In this document: one piece after another, positions 14,276 through 28,891 of the stretch | Layout of the letters: every line of letters starts with the position of its first letter | Numbering within the stretch: the first letter of the stretch is position 1 | Assembly (NCBI GenBank): GCA_951406725.2 | Contig: OX597834.1 | Span: 13,206,001-13,270,000 of the forward strand | Source of the DNA: Octopus vulgaris | Lineage: Eukaryota | DNA: 64,000 nt | Direction of reading: 5' to 3' | Translations under genes and position numbers: made by a program | Notes under the pieces: generated by a model | The model's input: only the letters and a program-made list of their open reading frames with translations | Told to the model about the DNA's origin: nothing | The model's database searches: none

Positions 14276-14419
14276 CGTGATCACCGTGATCACCGTGACC
14301 GACAAGGTTATCAGATGTTGCTACACATCGCTTGTCACAATGCGTTTCGCATTGTTTTAGTCTTGAAATGACGCCACCACGCTGGCTAAGCAAGCAAGCC
14401 AACAGCAGAAAGAGTGAGT
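14271..14419 (-). mobile_element. SINE family B tail-1 fragment
   Basis: atcaccgtgatcaccgtgaccgac...gatgttgctacacatcgct..., homologous to 5839-5970. Confidence 0.85.
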
Positions 14420-14595
14420 GATGCTGGTGTGTTTACATCAACGTATCTTGACGGTTCTGCAAAAGAGACTGATAGAATAAGTACTAGGCTTACAAAGAAT
14501 AAGTCCTGGGTCGATTTCCTCGACTAATGGCGGTGCTCCAGCATGGCCACAGTAAAGTGCCTGAAACAAGTGAATGAGTAAAAGAGTAAAGAGTA
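14420..14595 (+). mobile_element. SINE family A 3' half
   Basis: gatgctggtgtgtttac...gcggtgctccagcatggcc...aaagagtaaa. Confidence 0.85.
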
Positions 14596-14619
14596 AATAC
14601 AAGCATGCCACTTAAAAAG

Positions 14620-15653
14620 TGAGTATGCACTGGCAGAAACCCTTCTGCAGTGGAAAGACAGCAGTGCAGGAAGGCCTAGGAAAATAAGGACCAGAGGTCC
14701 CGGAGACTGTTCAGAATAGCTGCCGCTGCTAGATCTGTGATTACTCCAGAGCAGCGTGAGAACTATCGAGTGCGTGCTGCTGATGCAAAAGCCACAGAAA
14801 CCCCACGAAAGTGTGCTATCCGTCGGGCACGTAACACTGCATCCACGTCTGCCGTGAGGTTGGCAGACGACGATAGCCATCAGCTAAAGTAAGTCCAGTC
14901 TAATGTTCACCGGAAGGCTTCTCTCCATGGCTATTGGAAGCCGTCGAGTAGTAGCCGATGAGCATCATAATCGCCTAACTCTGATCCTGCCGAGGATCAC
15001 GCCACACATTGTGGGAGGTTTACGGGAGATATACTCTTTTACTCTTTTACTCTTTTACTTGTTTCAGTCATTTGACTGCGGCCATGCTGGAGCACCGCCT
15101 TTAGTCGAGCAAATCAACCCCGGGACTTATTCTTTGTAAGCCCAGTACTTATTCTATCAGTCTCTTTTGCCGAACCGCTAAGTGACGGGGACGTAAACAC
15201 ACCAGCATCGGTTGTCAAGCAATGCTATGGGGACAAACACAGACACACAAACACACACACACATACACATATACATATATATACATATATACGACAGACT
15301 TCTTTCAGTTTCCGTCTACCAAATCAACTCACAAGGCATTGGTCGGCCCGGGGCTATAGCAGAAGACACTTGCCCAAGATGCCACGCAGTGGGACTGAAC
15401 CCGGAACCATGTGGTTGTTTAGCAAGCTACTTACCACACAGCCACTCCTGCGCCGTTTGTAATATGTCCATTTTGCGAGACCCTCAAATGGGCTGGTGTA
15501 TCCAGTGACCTATGCTGCTCAAACAGAAACGTTCGCTTGCTTGACCTGCGAAACACTCCCCAGGATTAACTCCCGTTACTCTTTGGTCAGCTCCCTGATT
15601 CGCAAAAATTCGTACAGAAAATTTGCGCTTAAAACTCTCGATTCCGGATGACA
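14620..15653 (+). pseudogene. Helitron RepHel N-terminal region (STPR-like repeats + Zn finger), split by a SINE
   Basis: 14680-14892 reads ENKDQRSRRLFRIAAAARSVITPEQRENYRVRAADAKATETPRKCAIRRARN. 15456-15653 reads FVICPFCETLKWAGVSSDLCCSNRNVRL...DSQKFVQKICA*NSRFRMT, matching Helitron CxxC...CCxxGKV...F..NIR.YNS.F.MT. Confidence 0.8.
15031..15454 (-). mobile_element. SINE family A, full length
   Basis: Minus head GGCGCAGGAGTGGCTGTGTGG (A box), GTTCAGTCC (B box), CORE-like segment, internal (TA)/(TG) tract, (AAAGAGTA)n tail. Confidence 0.92.
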
Positions 15654-15897
15654 AATATCGGTTAGAAATCCATTCATGTAGTTACATATGTGTCATCGCT
15701 CATAATTCAGTGCCAAAACTATTATCGGATAGGTTCTATTAATCCTGTCAGCAACGCTGAACACTGATTTCTTCAAATTTCGTTAAAGGAAGATATCTTG
15801 AAAAAATGGATCGCCCAGCATAAGTGTCCCCTGGAAAAAAAGGGAAAAGAAAATCACCAGAATATGTAAAACCGTCCAAACGATGTGTGCGATTGCC

Positions 15898-17120
<1,223 letters not shown>

Positions 17121-17144
17121 ATCTATGTGTGTATGTCCTCCTAT

Positions 17145-17720
17145 GGAGGACATTTGTCCTCACTTTTCTGGATCACTGCACCCAACTGATAGCTATAGAT
17201 TTTCAAATTGGTTGCGGAACTTGAAGCAGCCCAGATACACTGGCATAAGTGGTTTGATTCGGCGACACAAATGAACTGCTTGTATAAAGAAACTGAAGCT
17301 CTACTCCCTGGAGAGAAGCGGAGAAACCTAAGAAGTGGTATAGATGTCGATATCATGGAAGAACTAGCTTCTGAATTAGGAGTTAAAATCTATAACAACC
17401 TTGCGACAGTGCATAAAAGAAAAAGGTACCATTTTTTTCACCTCAGATAAGGACACATTATTGTTATAGCTTGGCTTCAGGGGACCCCAACTTTTTAACA
17501 TCTTTCGAAGGAGATCTGCCAGTGGTAGAAGCAGAAATGTTAAAAAAAAAAACCTGGAGAGATTTCTATCTAAAATCCCAGAGGAACCTACGTCGCAGTG
17601 GGATGGGCAAAATCGAACATCTTCGTCCAACAAGTTTCTGCAACAGAAGCAGTATCGAAAGCAAATCTTTAAACAAAGAAAGGAGGTGATCCAGCATGGT
17701 TCCAGCATCTGACTGAGACC
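17145..17720 (+). pseudogene. Degenerate coding relic, possibly Penelope-like ORF N-terminal region
   Basis: Long partly open frame (ELEAAQIHWHKWFDSATQMNCLYKETEALL...NNLATVHKRKRYHFF) with stops and frameshifts, between TA tracts. Family assignment is tentative. Confidence 0.3.
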
Positions 17721-18135
17721 AGTAAAAATTGTAAAGGAATATATATATATATATATAGCACATGAAATACAAAACGTGGAATATACGAGAAATTATTTTT
17801 AATCACAACAATACTTTCGACACATCTAGCATCGATTTCTCTTGTGTCGGACATTCAGCAACTGGCTCAGGAACATCCAGTGGTGCAGATGTATCCCTTC
17901 GGGTGATAAATAAATTCAACTCATTAAAATGACCGTTCTGCAATGTAACGTTTCGTTTTGTAGAGAGAAAAGCAACCAGACGGAGGAAATATTTTCATAT
18001 ATATATATATACGGTAAAAAAATTAATTAACAAATGGCGAAAAGGGAAACGAAGACGCAATCCATCGAGAAGCGTATTAAAAAGTATTAATACACAGATA
18101 CATATATGCATATATATAAAATCTACATCTCATAT

Positions 18136-18245
<110 letters not shown>

Positions 18246-18481
18246 TATATACTATTTTCCAGAACTGTAGGATTGGTAAAAATGAAAGTAGGGTTTAATT
18301 TTCTAAAATGATATTACCTTGCGGCTTTATTGAAAAGTAGGTAGGAAAATAGGCAAACATTATGAGAAAACGTCATTTCGGGAAGAATGCGTGAATGAAG
18401 AACCGACAGAGGAATTGAAATTCCTTTAGGTGTGAAGTTACCTAGAAACATATATATATATATATATTCAGTAGTAGACAA

Positions 18482-18531
<50 letters not shown>

Positions 18532-18535
<4 letters not shown>

Positions 18536-18773
18536 AATAGCTGCCAAAAACGTTAGCTATTTCTTCTACTTTAAAAAAGGGTCTCCCAGAAAAACCAAAA
18601 TACTTGAAAACAAACCACACAGGCTGAGAGGAAGAAGTAACGAATAGCAATCAATATCTTATCACCTATGGACGCGAGTTTCGGAATACTTGTTTTCAAG
18701 TATTTTGGTTTTTCTGGGAGTCCGTTTTTTTAAAGTAGAAGAAATAGCTAACCGTTTTTGGCTGCTATTTCTA
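18532..18773. repeat. Inverted repeat, ~82-bp arms and ~76-bp spacer (PLE-like)
   Basis: 18532-18613 is the reverse complement of 18690-18773 with a few mismatches. The spacer carries minus-strand GAAAC-TCGC-GTC (hammerhead 3' half). Confidence 0.85.
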
Positions 18774-18923
18774 AACTTCGGTATGTGGTAAAGCAAATCT
18801 TTGCTGAACTCTAATTATTAAGTATTACTTAAGTTTACCATGAAATGGTCCTTTTTTCATGGCGAATTCTACTTGGTGAAATTATTTATTACTTCTTAAT
18901 TAATGAATTTTACCCTTTTTTAT

Positions 18924-18965
<42 letters not shown>

Positions 18966-19373
18966 GGTTTCTGTGTGTATACATATGTATGTATATGTGT
19001 GTATATATGTGTGTCCATGATTTTCTTTCACCAGCACTTCCCAAACAGTGTGTGTGTCTATACAGCCCGCAACGTAGCGGTTCGAGAAAAGAAGCTGATA
19101 GAATAAGAACAAGTTCTCCTATTACATAGGCTAAAACCCTTTTACGACGCCAACTGAGGGTGGCCTCAGCAAAATGAATGCAACATGTAAAACACAAATA
19201 TATTTTGGGTGTGTGGGAGGAGCCTGCTTCCCATAAACATGGTTCTGGCCTCAGTCCAACTGCGTGGCAATTTGGTCAGGTGTCTTCTATCATAGTATCT
19301 GATTAACCAAATGCTTGTGAGTGGGTTTGGTAGACAGGAACTGAAAGAAGTCTATCATGCCTCTCTCTCTCTC

Positions 19374-19416
<43 letters not shown>

Positions 19417-19520
19417 GTATACACCCATTCCTTTCCGGTCATTCAAAAGGTGACCGCGTGTGTACCATTGGCGATTTTATTCCTCCGTCTTCCCCTCCTT
19501 GGATCTTTCCTTATCCTATG

Positions 19521-19553
19521 TTTCTGACGAAGAGCTCCGCTCGAAACGTTCAA
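19521..19553 (+). ncRNA. Minimal hammerhead in a PLE-like fragment (~19420-19665)
   Basis: ttt-CTGACGA-a-GAGC tcc GCTC-GAAAC-GTT; palindromic AACGTT stem III; weak stem I. Confidence 0.5.
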
Positions 19554-20235
19554 TCCTTTTTCTTTCCTTTCCTGTGTGTCGAATTACTCAATACTTGTTC
19601 CACGTCCTCGCGTTGTTGTGTTTTCCTTTTGTGTTTTCATTTTGGATTAACTAAACTTTCTCACCTATATATATATATACAAATTACGAGGGCTTTGTTC
19701 GCAAGTGATCTAAACGATAGAATACGCTAGGTAAGAAATATGAAACCATTCACCCTAACTTTGCGGTCAACAGCAAAGCGGAAGATAAGAGCAATCTCGC
19801 ATTTCCATCATAGGGATCCTTGTTGAAACAATTTCACAACGTGGCTGTGTGGGTACGACGTTCATGGGTTTAGTTTCACTGTGTGAAATCTTAGGCAAGT
19901 GATTTTTAATTTAGCATTTGGCGCAACAATGACATTTGGATGGAGTTGACCAACGGAAAATTCATGAAACCTGTCATATAAACATAGATGTTTGTGCAAT
20001 ATCCATGTGGCGGTATCTATAGCAGATGGAAATGCCTGAACAACGAAACTACAGAATAAATGAATTTTGCAGAATCAAACTCATATACTGGACACAAAAC
20101 TCATATACTGGATACGACAGTTACTTATCGTAGTACTGTGTAAGATTTGGAAGTGTGACAATATAATGTAAGATATATATGATAGCTATGAAATATAAAT
20201 ACATACCAAGCATACAGACATACATACATAATTAC

Positions 20236-20277
<42 letters not shown>

Positions 20278-20279
20278 AG

Positions 20280-20790
20280 TATAATCTGAGGAACCAAGAG
20301 TTGGGAATAAGATTTGTGATGACAGTATGAAAGGATAATTTCACTCTTTTGATTCAGAACGTCGATATAATTCCTCGTGTTATTATGGAATATTTTTAAA
20401 TGATAGGACAGTAAATGAACGAGTAATAGATTTGAAGAGAGTGATGTTATATGGTAGTGGGAGAAAAGGGAAAATATAAAATGGAGAAGTAGTAGTTAGA
20501 ATATGAAACAAGTTAGGTAAGAGACAACGTTAGAGAGAGAGTGTAGGGAATGCAGTAGAGAAAACAAAAATGTACGTCAGCGGTACATAGCCAGTACCTG
20601 AAGGAAACGTAATTATATCAGGAGAGATTGCCGATTAATGAAAGTAAAGGGATTGTTCTTTGTGTCGAAATAATATGGAAAAATAAAACGAAGTGAGACA
20701 AAGTTATATATAATATATGAATCCAACTTTAAGGTAGAGATTTATGGAAAGGGAAAGAGAAAAAGATGACGAGTGGGGTAAGCGATGGTT
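20280..20790 (-). pseudogene. Highly degenerate Penelope-like RT C-terminal relic
   Basis: Minus segments DTKNNPFTFINRQS, FPSGTGY and IPFHNN-like loosely resemble the PLE thumb/linker region; many disruptions. Confidence 0.3.
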
Positions 20791-21115
20791 ATAACTATAT
20801 ATATGCATATACATATCGTGATACACAGGTGTGTGTATGTTAGTGTGTTAGCACGAATGTGTGTTTCTGTGTTTTTCAGATATTAATAGTTAAATATATA
20901 AATTCATAAATATAGAAATTGTAAATACGAAAGGGAAACAGATACATCCACACACATACACTTTAGCGTGGATATATATATATGTGTACATATATGTATG
21001 TGTGTGTAGTGTGTGTGAGTATAAATGTGTATTTATATGCGTGTATGTTTCCGTATATGTAAAATATATGCTCCTGTACCTATGTTCGAGCATTTTATGC
21101 ATATGGATGTAGGGT

Positions 21116-21195
<80 letters not shown>

Positions 21196-21240
21196 GCTGT
21201 AAGTTTGGATTTATTCCCTAATATTTTATTATATATAAAT

Positions 21241-21315
<75 letters not shown>

Positions 21316-22479
21316 AATATACCTGTGTGCCTGTGTGCATGCATGTATATTGCAAGAGAGAGCGAGAGAGAGAGCGAAAGAGAGAACGAGAGAGTGGACG
21401 AGAGAAAGCATGAGAAAGAGAAGGAGAGAGAAATCCGAAGAGTAGGACTTGTAAAATGATTGAGCTATCGATAACTCCGGTTCTTACCGTGACTAATTAC
21501 AGACCGGTATTACATGAACGCCTTTAGAAATATTGCCAGTCGTCCATAATTGTTCTTTCTTTTCTTTCTTTTTACATCATTCTCTATGATATATTCTATT
21601 ATACTTTCACTCCTACAGGATAGTTCTTACTGCTGCCATTGCTGCTGTTAACAGCTGATCACGATGCTTTTGTTATTATCTTTGTGTTTGTATCGTTTTG
21701 TTACCCCTTTTGTTTCTATTATTACTTTTCGTTGTTATGTAATTTGCTAGTTTTCGTTTAATGTCAGTCATTTTTCCGTTGTTTTTCATTTGTGTAATAT
21801 TTCTGTTCCTGATAGTCATTTGGCATTGTTGTCATTGAGACAGCAATCATCGTCGCCACCGCCTTGGTCGTCCTCGTTGTTGTTGCTATTATAGCTGTTC
21901 CTACTATTTTCCTATCATTATACTATTGTTTTTATTATTGCTCTCGCAGTTACCATAATGAGTTTCTAGATAACATTATTGACGTTTTTTTCGGGGATGG
22001 CGATATTATTTTCATTTATGTTGTTGTAGTTGTATAATATCATTGCTCTAGGTGCTGTTTTCATAATTGTCATTTGTACGCTCGATTTTGTTCTATTTGC
22101 TACTCCTGCTGACTATCTAGATCGAAATTTTGATGCTGATATCGCTATTGTCTCTGTATCGCTATCGTCTCTTTCCCTGGCTGTTTCCTATCTTTGCTTT
22201 CTTCATACCTGTTTTTTTCTTCACTCTCTTTCGATAACACTATGCTACTCGTGGTCAACTTTGTCGTTTTTGTGACATGGTTACTTGCATATATCTAAAT
22301 CAACACAGTCGCTCTTTCAACTTTGCTTGGATGAGTTTCACGTAGTTTCCCATAGAAAAATACCGCGAATTTTAACTGCAAAGGCAAAAGGCAAACAAAA
22401 CGCAACTTAGTCTACGTGAGCAGGAAATAACTTATGTGAACGGCACATGCCCTGCCTTGTGCCTAACAGAAGAGTAGCA

Positions 22480-22640
22480 GGCGCAAGAGTGGCTGTGTGG
22501 TAAGAAGCTTGCTTAAGAACTACATGGTTCCGCGATCAGTCCCACTGCGTGGCACCTTCCGCAATTGTCTTCTACTATAGCCTCGGGCAAACCAAAGCCT
22601 TGTGAGTGGATTGATAGACGGACACTGACAGAAGCCTGTC

Positions 22641-22673
<33 letters not shown>

Positions 22674-22880
22674 TATATGTATAAGTATGTGTATATGTTT
22701 GTGTGTCAATGTTTGTCCCCCAAGATCGATAGACAACCGATGCTGATGTGTTTACGTCCCCGTAACTTAGCGATTCGGCAAAAGACACCGATAGAATAAG
22801 TACTAGGCTTACAAAGAATACGTCTTGGGGTCGATTTGTTCGACTGATGTCGGTGCTCCAGCATGGCCACAGTCACATGG
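22480..22880 (+). mobile_element. SINE family A
   Basis: ggcgcaagagtggctgtgtggtaag... full body. Confidence 0.9.
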
Positions 22881-23637
22881 TAATGCACTATCAATAATAA
22901 TAATTGCTTTAAACACTAGGCCATGTGCCTCCACGACTGTCTTGTGTGCAACTCTCTAAATGATTACTATTTATGTGGTTCTGGCTTCTATACGTTCAAT
23001 CAGAAAAAAATTATCGTAGCATACTATTGTCAATAAAAATATACGTCACAGGCCCTTCCGTTAAAATGTCTCCCTCACTAAACAATACAATATTGTACAT
23101 GTTGCTTAGTGTTACTTATCTCTTGTAAATTTTCATTTTCTAATAGACAAATGTCGTTTTCTATAAATTTTTATAAAATCAAATCTTCTTATCCATCACC
23201 CTTTGTGGAACAGAATTTCATATTTCACACAATGTAAGAGTTATAACGAAATTCAGCTCGGGAGATTTATTTTTTGTGATCGTAAGAGGATACGTGTATT
23301 ATTTGTTAAAACGAATAACTGTTATTCGGTGGAGACATGTCTCTATGCGTTTGTTTTTTATGATCGTTGTGTCAACGCAAAATAACATGCGAGCATGTAA
23401 GCGTGTATTTGTGCACATCTGCGTGTGTTTACCTGCGCATGCTTCTGTGCGTATGTATGTATCATGTATGCATGTGTGTGTGTGTGTGTAGGCGTGCACT
23501 AGATTCCAAAATATTTAGATATTCCAAATTTACATAAACATTTTCTATACGAGAAGGAAACGACGTACTATATAAAATCTATCGTCTTAGCGAATCTTTT
23601 TAAAATACTGTTGAAAACTGACAACCGGACAGGCACA

Positions 23638-23669
<32 letters not shown>

Positions 23670-24110
23670 TACACACACACACAAACACAAGCACACACAT
23701 ATACGTACACATATATACATACACGCTAACACGCACGCACTCTCACATATGAGCTGGTACAAGACACCAGACTTTTATTGATATTAGCAAAAGAAGTAAA
23801 TATATAATTTTTAGCCTAATATATTCTGAATTATACTTTTCTATAAATCTTCTCTATTGGTGTTAATTAGCTGTGTATACTTTAACATAGTATTATTAAT
23901 TAAGCTATTTGATCCCTTTTCTATGGTGTTCTGCTCTACTTGTTTATTTTACTTTATTTATTACTTATTTTATAATTAGACTTTACTTATTTATAAAATT
24001 AATCTAATTTTTGTATCGCTATAAATTCATACTTAGCTTACACAAAACTATACTGGTATATTCACAACTTATTAAAAATCGCCTAGATTATAATTTTATT
24101 AATATATATA

Positions 24111-24569
<459 letters not shown>

Positions 24570-24574
24570 TATAA

Positions 24575-25250
24575 CTAGCATGTTCTTTTACCTCGATGAT
24601 CCTTTATTAATACCAACCAGTATATATCAATTAATCAATGTTCACAGATACCATCTGATGAGTTAGTATTTAAGTGTACATTATGTATAAATATTAAACT
24701 ATATCTGGATAATTTCTTTTCCTCCCTGTATTGTGGCAAAAATTTGGTATATACTCAAACGTATTCATAAATCTCTATCTTTTTGTTATAATATTATTCT
24801 TAATAATTCTCTCAATAACCCTAAACTTTAACTGTATAAAATATATAACATTGTTTACAATATTTAACTATATTAGTACATGATAAGACTTACCCTGTTT
24901 AATTATCAATGATCTGCTAGTGGGCGACCCCCTTAATTTTACGCTAACCACTTCTTTTATGCCTTCCTTTACCAAATCTCATGATATTGCTTCTGAAATT
25001 TCTTGATTTTTATGGCTATACCAAATACGAGTTCTGTTTGCTCCCTCAGCCATAACCCTAATAGATACTGCCCTCTGTCCTCTCAGCCTTAGATATATAA
25101 GGATTTGATAAACTAGTCTATAAATTAAAACTGACCCCAGAAAAACAAAAAAATCAGTGAGAGGCAGAATCTGTAACAACGTATATCTTCTTGATAACTG
25201 AGTAACTTCTATGCTGGAGAGGAGGCAGATTTTAAGTTTAATTATACTAA
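24575..25250 (-). pseudogene. Old non-LTR retrotransposon reverse-transcriptase relic
   Basis: Minus frame LRGQRAVSIRVMAEGANRTRIWYSHKNQEISEAIS*DLVKEG...VKLRGSPTSRSLIIKQG...LNIV parallels RT subdomains 3-4 (D..KAFD.V...GV.QG..LSP.LFNI). Confidence 0.5.
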
Positions 25251-25397
25251 TGTGTTCTAATTTAATTAAATTATATGTCTTTGTGCAGCTGAGTATTGCT
25301 CTGCATTTTAAACTGACTTAATGATTGCATTGTTCATTTAAATGGAATTGCATGAAACGATCGTACTGTATTACCTCTGGATATCCTTCTTGCTTAT

Positions 25398-25456
<59 letters not shown>

Positions 25457-26090
25457 TACAGAATATATATATATATATAAGCATACAGAACATATATATA
25501 TGCATAAATATCAACAGATACATAGACACAAATCCACATATATATGCATGTATGTACTTACATATGCACACATGTCACGTATTTTCTGCAATAATCAAAC
25601 CGCGATCACTCGAAACTATGCAATTTCGATGCAGACCTAAGATTTTAGCATACTTGAAATGTCAGCTTTTATCTGAATATTTAATTGAAAATATCAAGCG
25701 AAATTGAACGTTTCTTGTATATTTTCTGGTTTCATTTAAATTGAAACAAAACGGCAATAAAATTGCTTGAAGCGATTCTATTAACATAGTTCGTTCACAG
25801 TAAAGAAAGAGAGAAGAAAAATCAATAATTTGCCTTCAAGTTATGTATTATTTTACTCCGGAGTTTTGTAGCAATGGTGCAACGGAGAAAGGTGTGAAGT
25901 AATATTTAAAGAATCATACATATACAGAGAAATAGCTGATTGCAAAGAAAGTCATATAGAGATGCACACAGCCGTTCTGCTTTCTCTCCCATCTCTCCCT
26001 CACCCACCACGCTCGGTCGCTTTTCTTTTTTGTCTGAATGTTTCTATCCGTGTCTATGTCTGTATCGCTTCCCCTGCTCACACATTCTAC

Positions 26091-26147
<57 letters not shown>

Positions 26148-26222
26148 TATAATATATATATATATATATATATTTTATATACATACATATATATATACAT
26201 TGTATATATGTATATATATATT

Positions 26223-26290
<68 letters not shown>

Positions 26291-26383
26291 GTATATATAT
26301 ATATATATATTAAGAGACAGTGTGGACACACAGACACGTGCGTGCATTCGTGTATGTATGTGTGCACGCATATATACATGTTG

Positions 26384-26559
26384 GCGATGATGCTGACGAT
26401 GATTATCCTGATGATCATGATGATGACGATTATAACGATGACGATGACGATGATGATATTGAGGATGATGATGATCATGATGATGATGATAATGTTGACG
26501 ATCATGATGATGATCATGATGATGATCATGATGATGAGGATGGTGGTGATGATGATGAA

Positions 26560-26606
<47 letters not shown>

Positions 26607-26630
26607 CGACGACGACGATGATGATGATGG
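26384..26630. repeat. (GAT)n imperfect trinucleotide repeat
   Basis: Seen directly. Confidence 0.95.
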
Positions 26631-27048
26631 TTGTGATGTTTATTATAGCAGAAATAACTAGATATGAAGGACAGTATATATTGGCTATATTTAAAATACA
26701 CTGCACGGCATCTGACAAAGAAATGTAATACATTCTAGCAGTGAAAGTGTTCTAAGGCCTTATACAACGAGATGAAAATTCCGAAATACCTACTGTGGGA
26801 TTAGAAAACAATTTAGAGTTGAATAATGGAGACTTCATGCACACAGCTACGAAACTATGACAGAAAAGAATTTTTTTTTTAATGTCGGGGAAATAAAGTA
26901 TTGCAAAATAACGCTTAAAATAGCCGATAGTTATTAAGAGAAACGTGTGAAATCAACTGAAAACTGGAAGTCGATTTGTGTTGACTTTAAAATCTAGCTA
27001 TCATAGGACATGCAGAAGAACATTATAAAGCAAGGGAAAGTAAACGGA

Positions 27049-27210
27049 GCTACATGACCAACACCTGTGAAGCATGTAAAGGATGGAATATTCGTGGAAA
27101 ATTGCAGCCAATGGTTGGAAAGTTTATTCGCTACATGACCAACACCTGTGAAGCATGTAAATGATGGAATATTTGTGGAAAATTGCAACAATGCTTTGGA
27201 GGTTTATTCG
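27049..27210. repeat. Tandem duplication, 2 x 81 bp
   Basis: gctacatgaccaacacctgtgaagcatgtaaa... starts at 27049 and again at 27130. Confidence 0.95.
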
Positions 27211-27506
27211 CAAAAATGAGTTTTAGATGCTTTTCGTTCTATTACAGGATGAAACCATCGAAAGAAATTCATAAAAGTCTTATAATGAATCAAACAGCAT
27301 ACAATAACTAAACACAGTACATTGAAAGAAGAAGTGGGTGAATGAGAAATCCGCAGAGAAGAATTCGCTGTTTGTTCTTAAGTGAGAAAGAATACTACCA
27401 CAGACAAGAGTGGAAATTGCGACATAAATTGTGAACATAAAGATGTGTATACAAAATTTACCTGATTTATATTGAACGGATATTTGTCCTCATCTTGTTT
27501 GTTGTT

Positions 27507-27551
27507 AGCAAAACGTTTCGGCTGATATGCCCTCCAGCTTTCATCAGGTGT
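27507..27551 (-). ncRNA. Minimal hammerhead in a PLE-like fragment (~27455-27625)
   Basis: Minus: acac-CTGATGA-aaGCTG gagggcatat CAGC c-GAAAC-GTT; stem I partly eroded. Confidence 0.55.
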
Positions 27552-27734
27552 GTTGGGGAAATTTCGAACCTGGGTTCTCATTCCTAAGGTACTTTTCGAT
27601 GTAATTATTATTATTAAATAATAATAATAACTGCTTTGCACCTTGGTCAAGTGTCTTCTACAACAGGTTCGGGACGGCCAATTCATTCTGAGTGGATTTT
27701 GTAGACAGAAACCAAAAGAAACAGTTTGTATGTG

Positions 27735-27777
<43 letters not shown>

Positions 27778-27810
27778 AGGTTTGGAGATGACGTACATTA
27801 TATATATATA

Positions 27811-27951
27811 TATAGTTAAACATGAGTGTGGTTTTATATTCATACTTCGTTCCAACATAAATATTTTTATTTCCTAATGAAACCTGGGCCGAGTTAATTG
27901 TGATCACTGGTCAGTGAGCAGAGATATTTGTCAACGTCATTGATGTTATTG

Positions 27952-27982
<31 letters not shown>

Positions 27983-28850
27983 ACTAATGTAGGATAAACA
28001 TTTCTTTCGGGAAAAAAATTTCATCAATGACCAGCATATCAAAAAAATACCTTTAAAGGTTAACTTTATAAATAATTTACAATATAGGGGCAAAAGAAAA
28101 ATTATAATGCCAAATATGCCGAAAAAAAGACAAAAATTGTCAATTAACCATTATAATTTATGCCTCTCGAAACAAACCGATAGAAATATATACATATATA
28201 TGTATATATATATATAAAAGTTGTATTAATTTGATTCGAATTGTAGTTAGAAAAAATTTTGTTTTAATTTTTAAACAATTCTCTATATTTCTGGCCACGT
28301 CTTGTGTATGTTCGTTTTTGCGTAGGAACTATGATTATGAATAATTTACAATAATATATACTCCATTTAAAACGACTAAATCCCTACAATTGAGTTTTTC
28401 AATCGATCATTTAGGTTTGGTCGCTTTAAATGTAGCAAATATTATTGTAATTAATATATAATTATAGTTAATATTAAAACTGAACTATGTGAGTCGCTCT
28501 TCGTAATTTACAGACTTCAAGTTTTTTTACGAAGGTATAGATATATATTCTTGTCTACAATCTTTACATAAAGATTCTATACATTAAAATCTGCATATTA
28601 AAATCTGTACCTTAAATTTGGCTAATATTGATGGGGGTGAAGTGGTTTTGTATGGATCTATGTAAGCATTGATGTCGTATTCAATTCCCATTTGTTCGGA
28701 TCATTTTTTCAGTTTAGGTTTAAGTTTTATTGCTTCGAATGGAGCATATATTATTGTAAATAATATATAAGTATTGTTTTTATAGGAAAGGACTTATGCA
28801 CTTATCCGTAATTTACACTCTTCGGGTTTGTTTACAAATCTATAAATATG

Positions 28851-28891
<41 letters not shown>

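Noticed and set aside
26222-26733. Poly-His, poly-Asp, poly-Met and poly-Ile ORFs
   Set aside because: Translations of a (GAT)n microsatellite, open in several frames and flanked by TA repeats.
27049-27210. CRISPR-like repeat spacing (also 7646-7732)
   Set aside because: Two-copy contiguous tandem duplications without unique spacers, in eukaryotic DNA with no cas genes.
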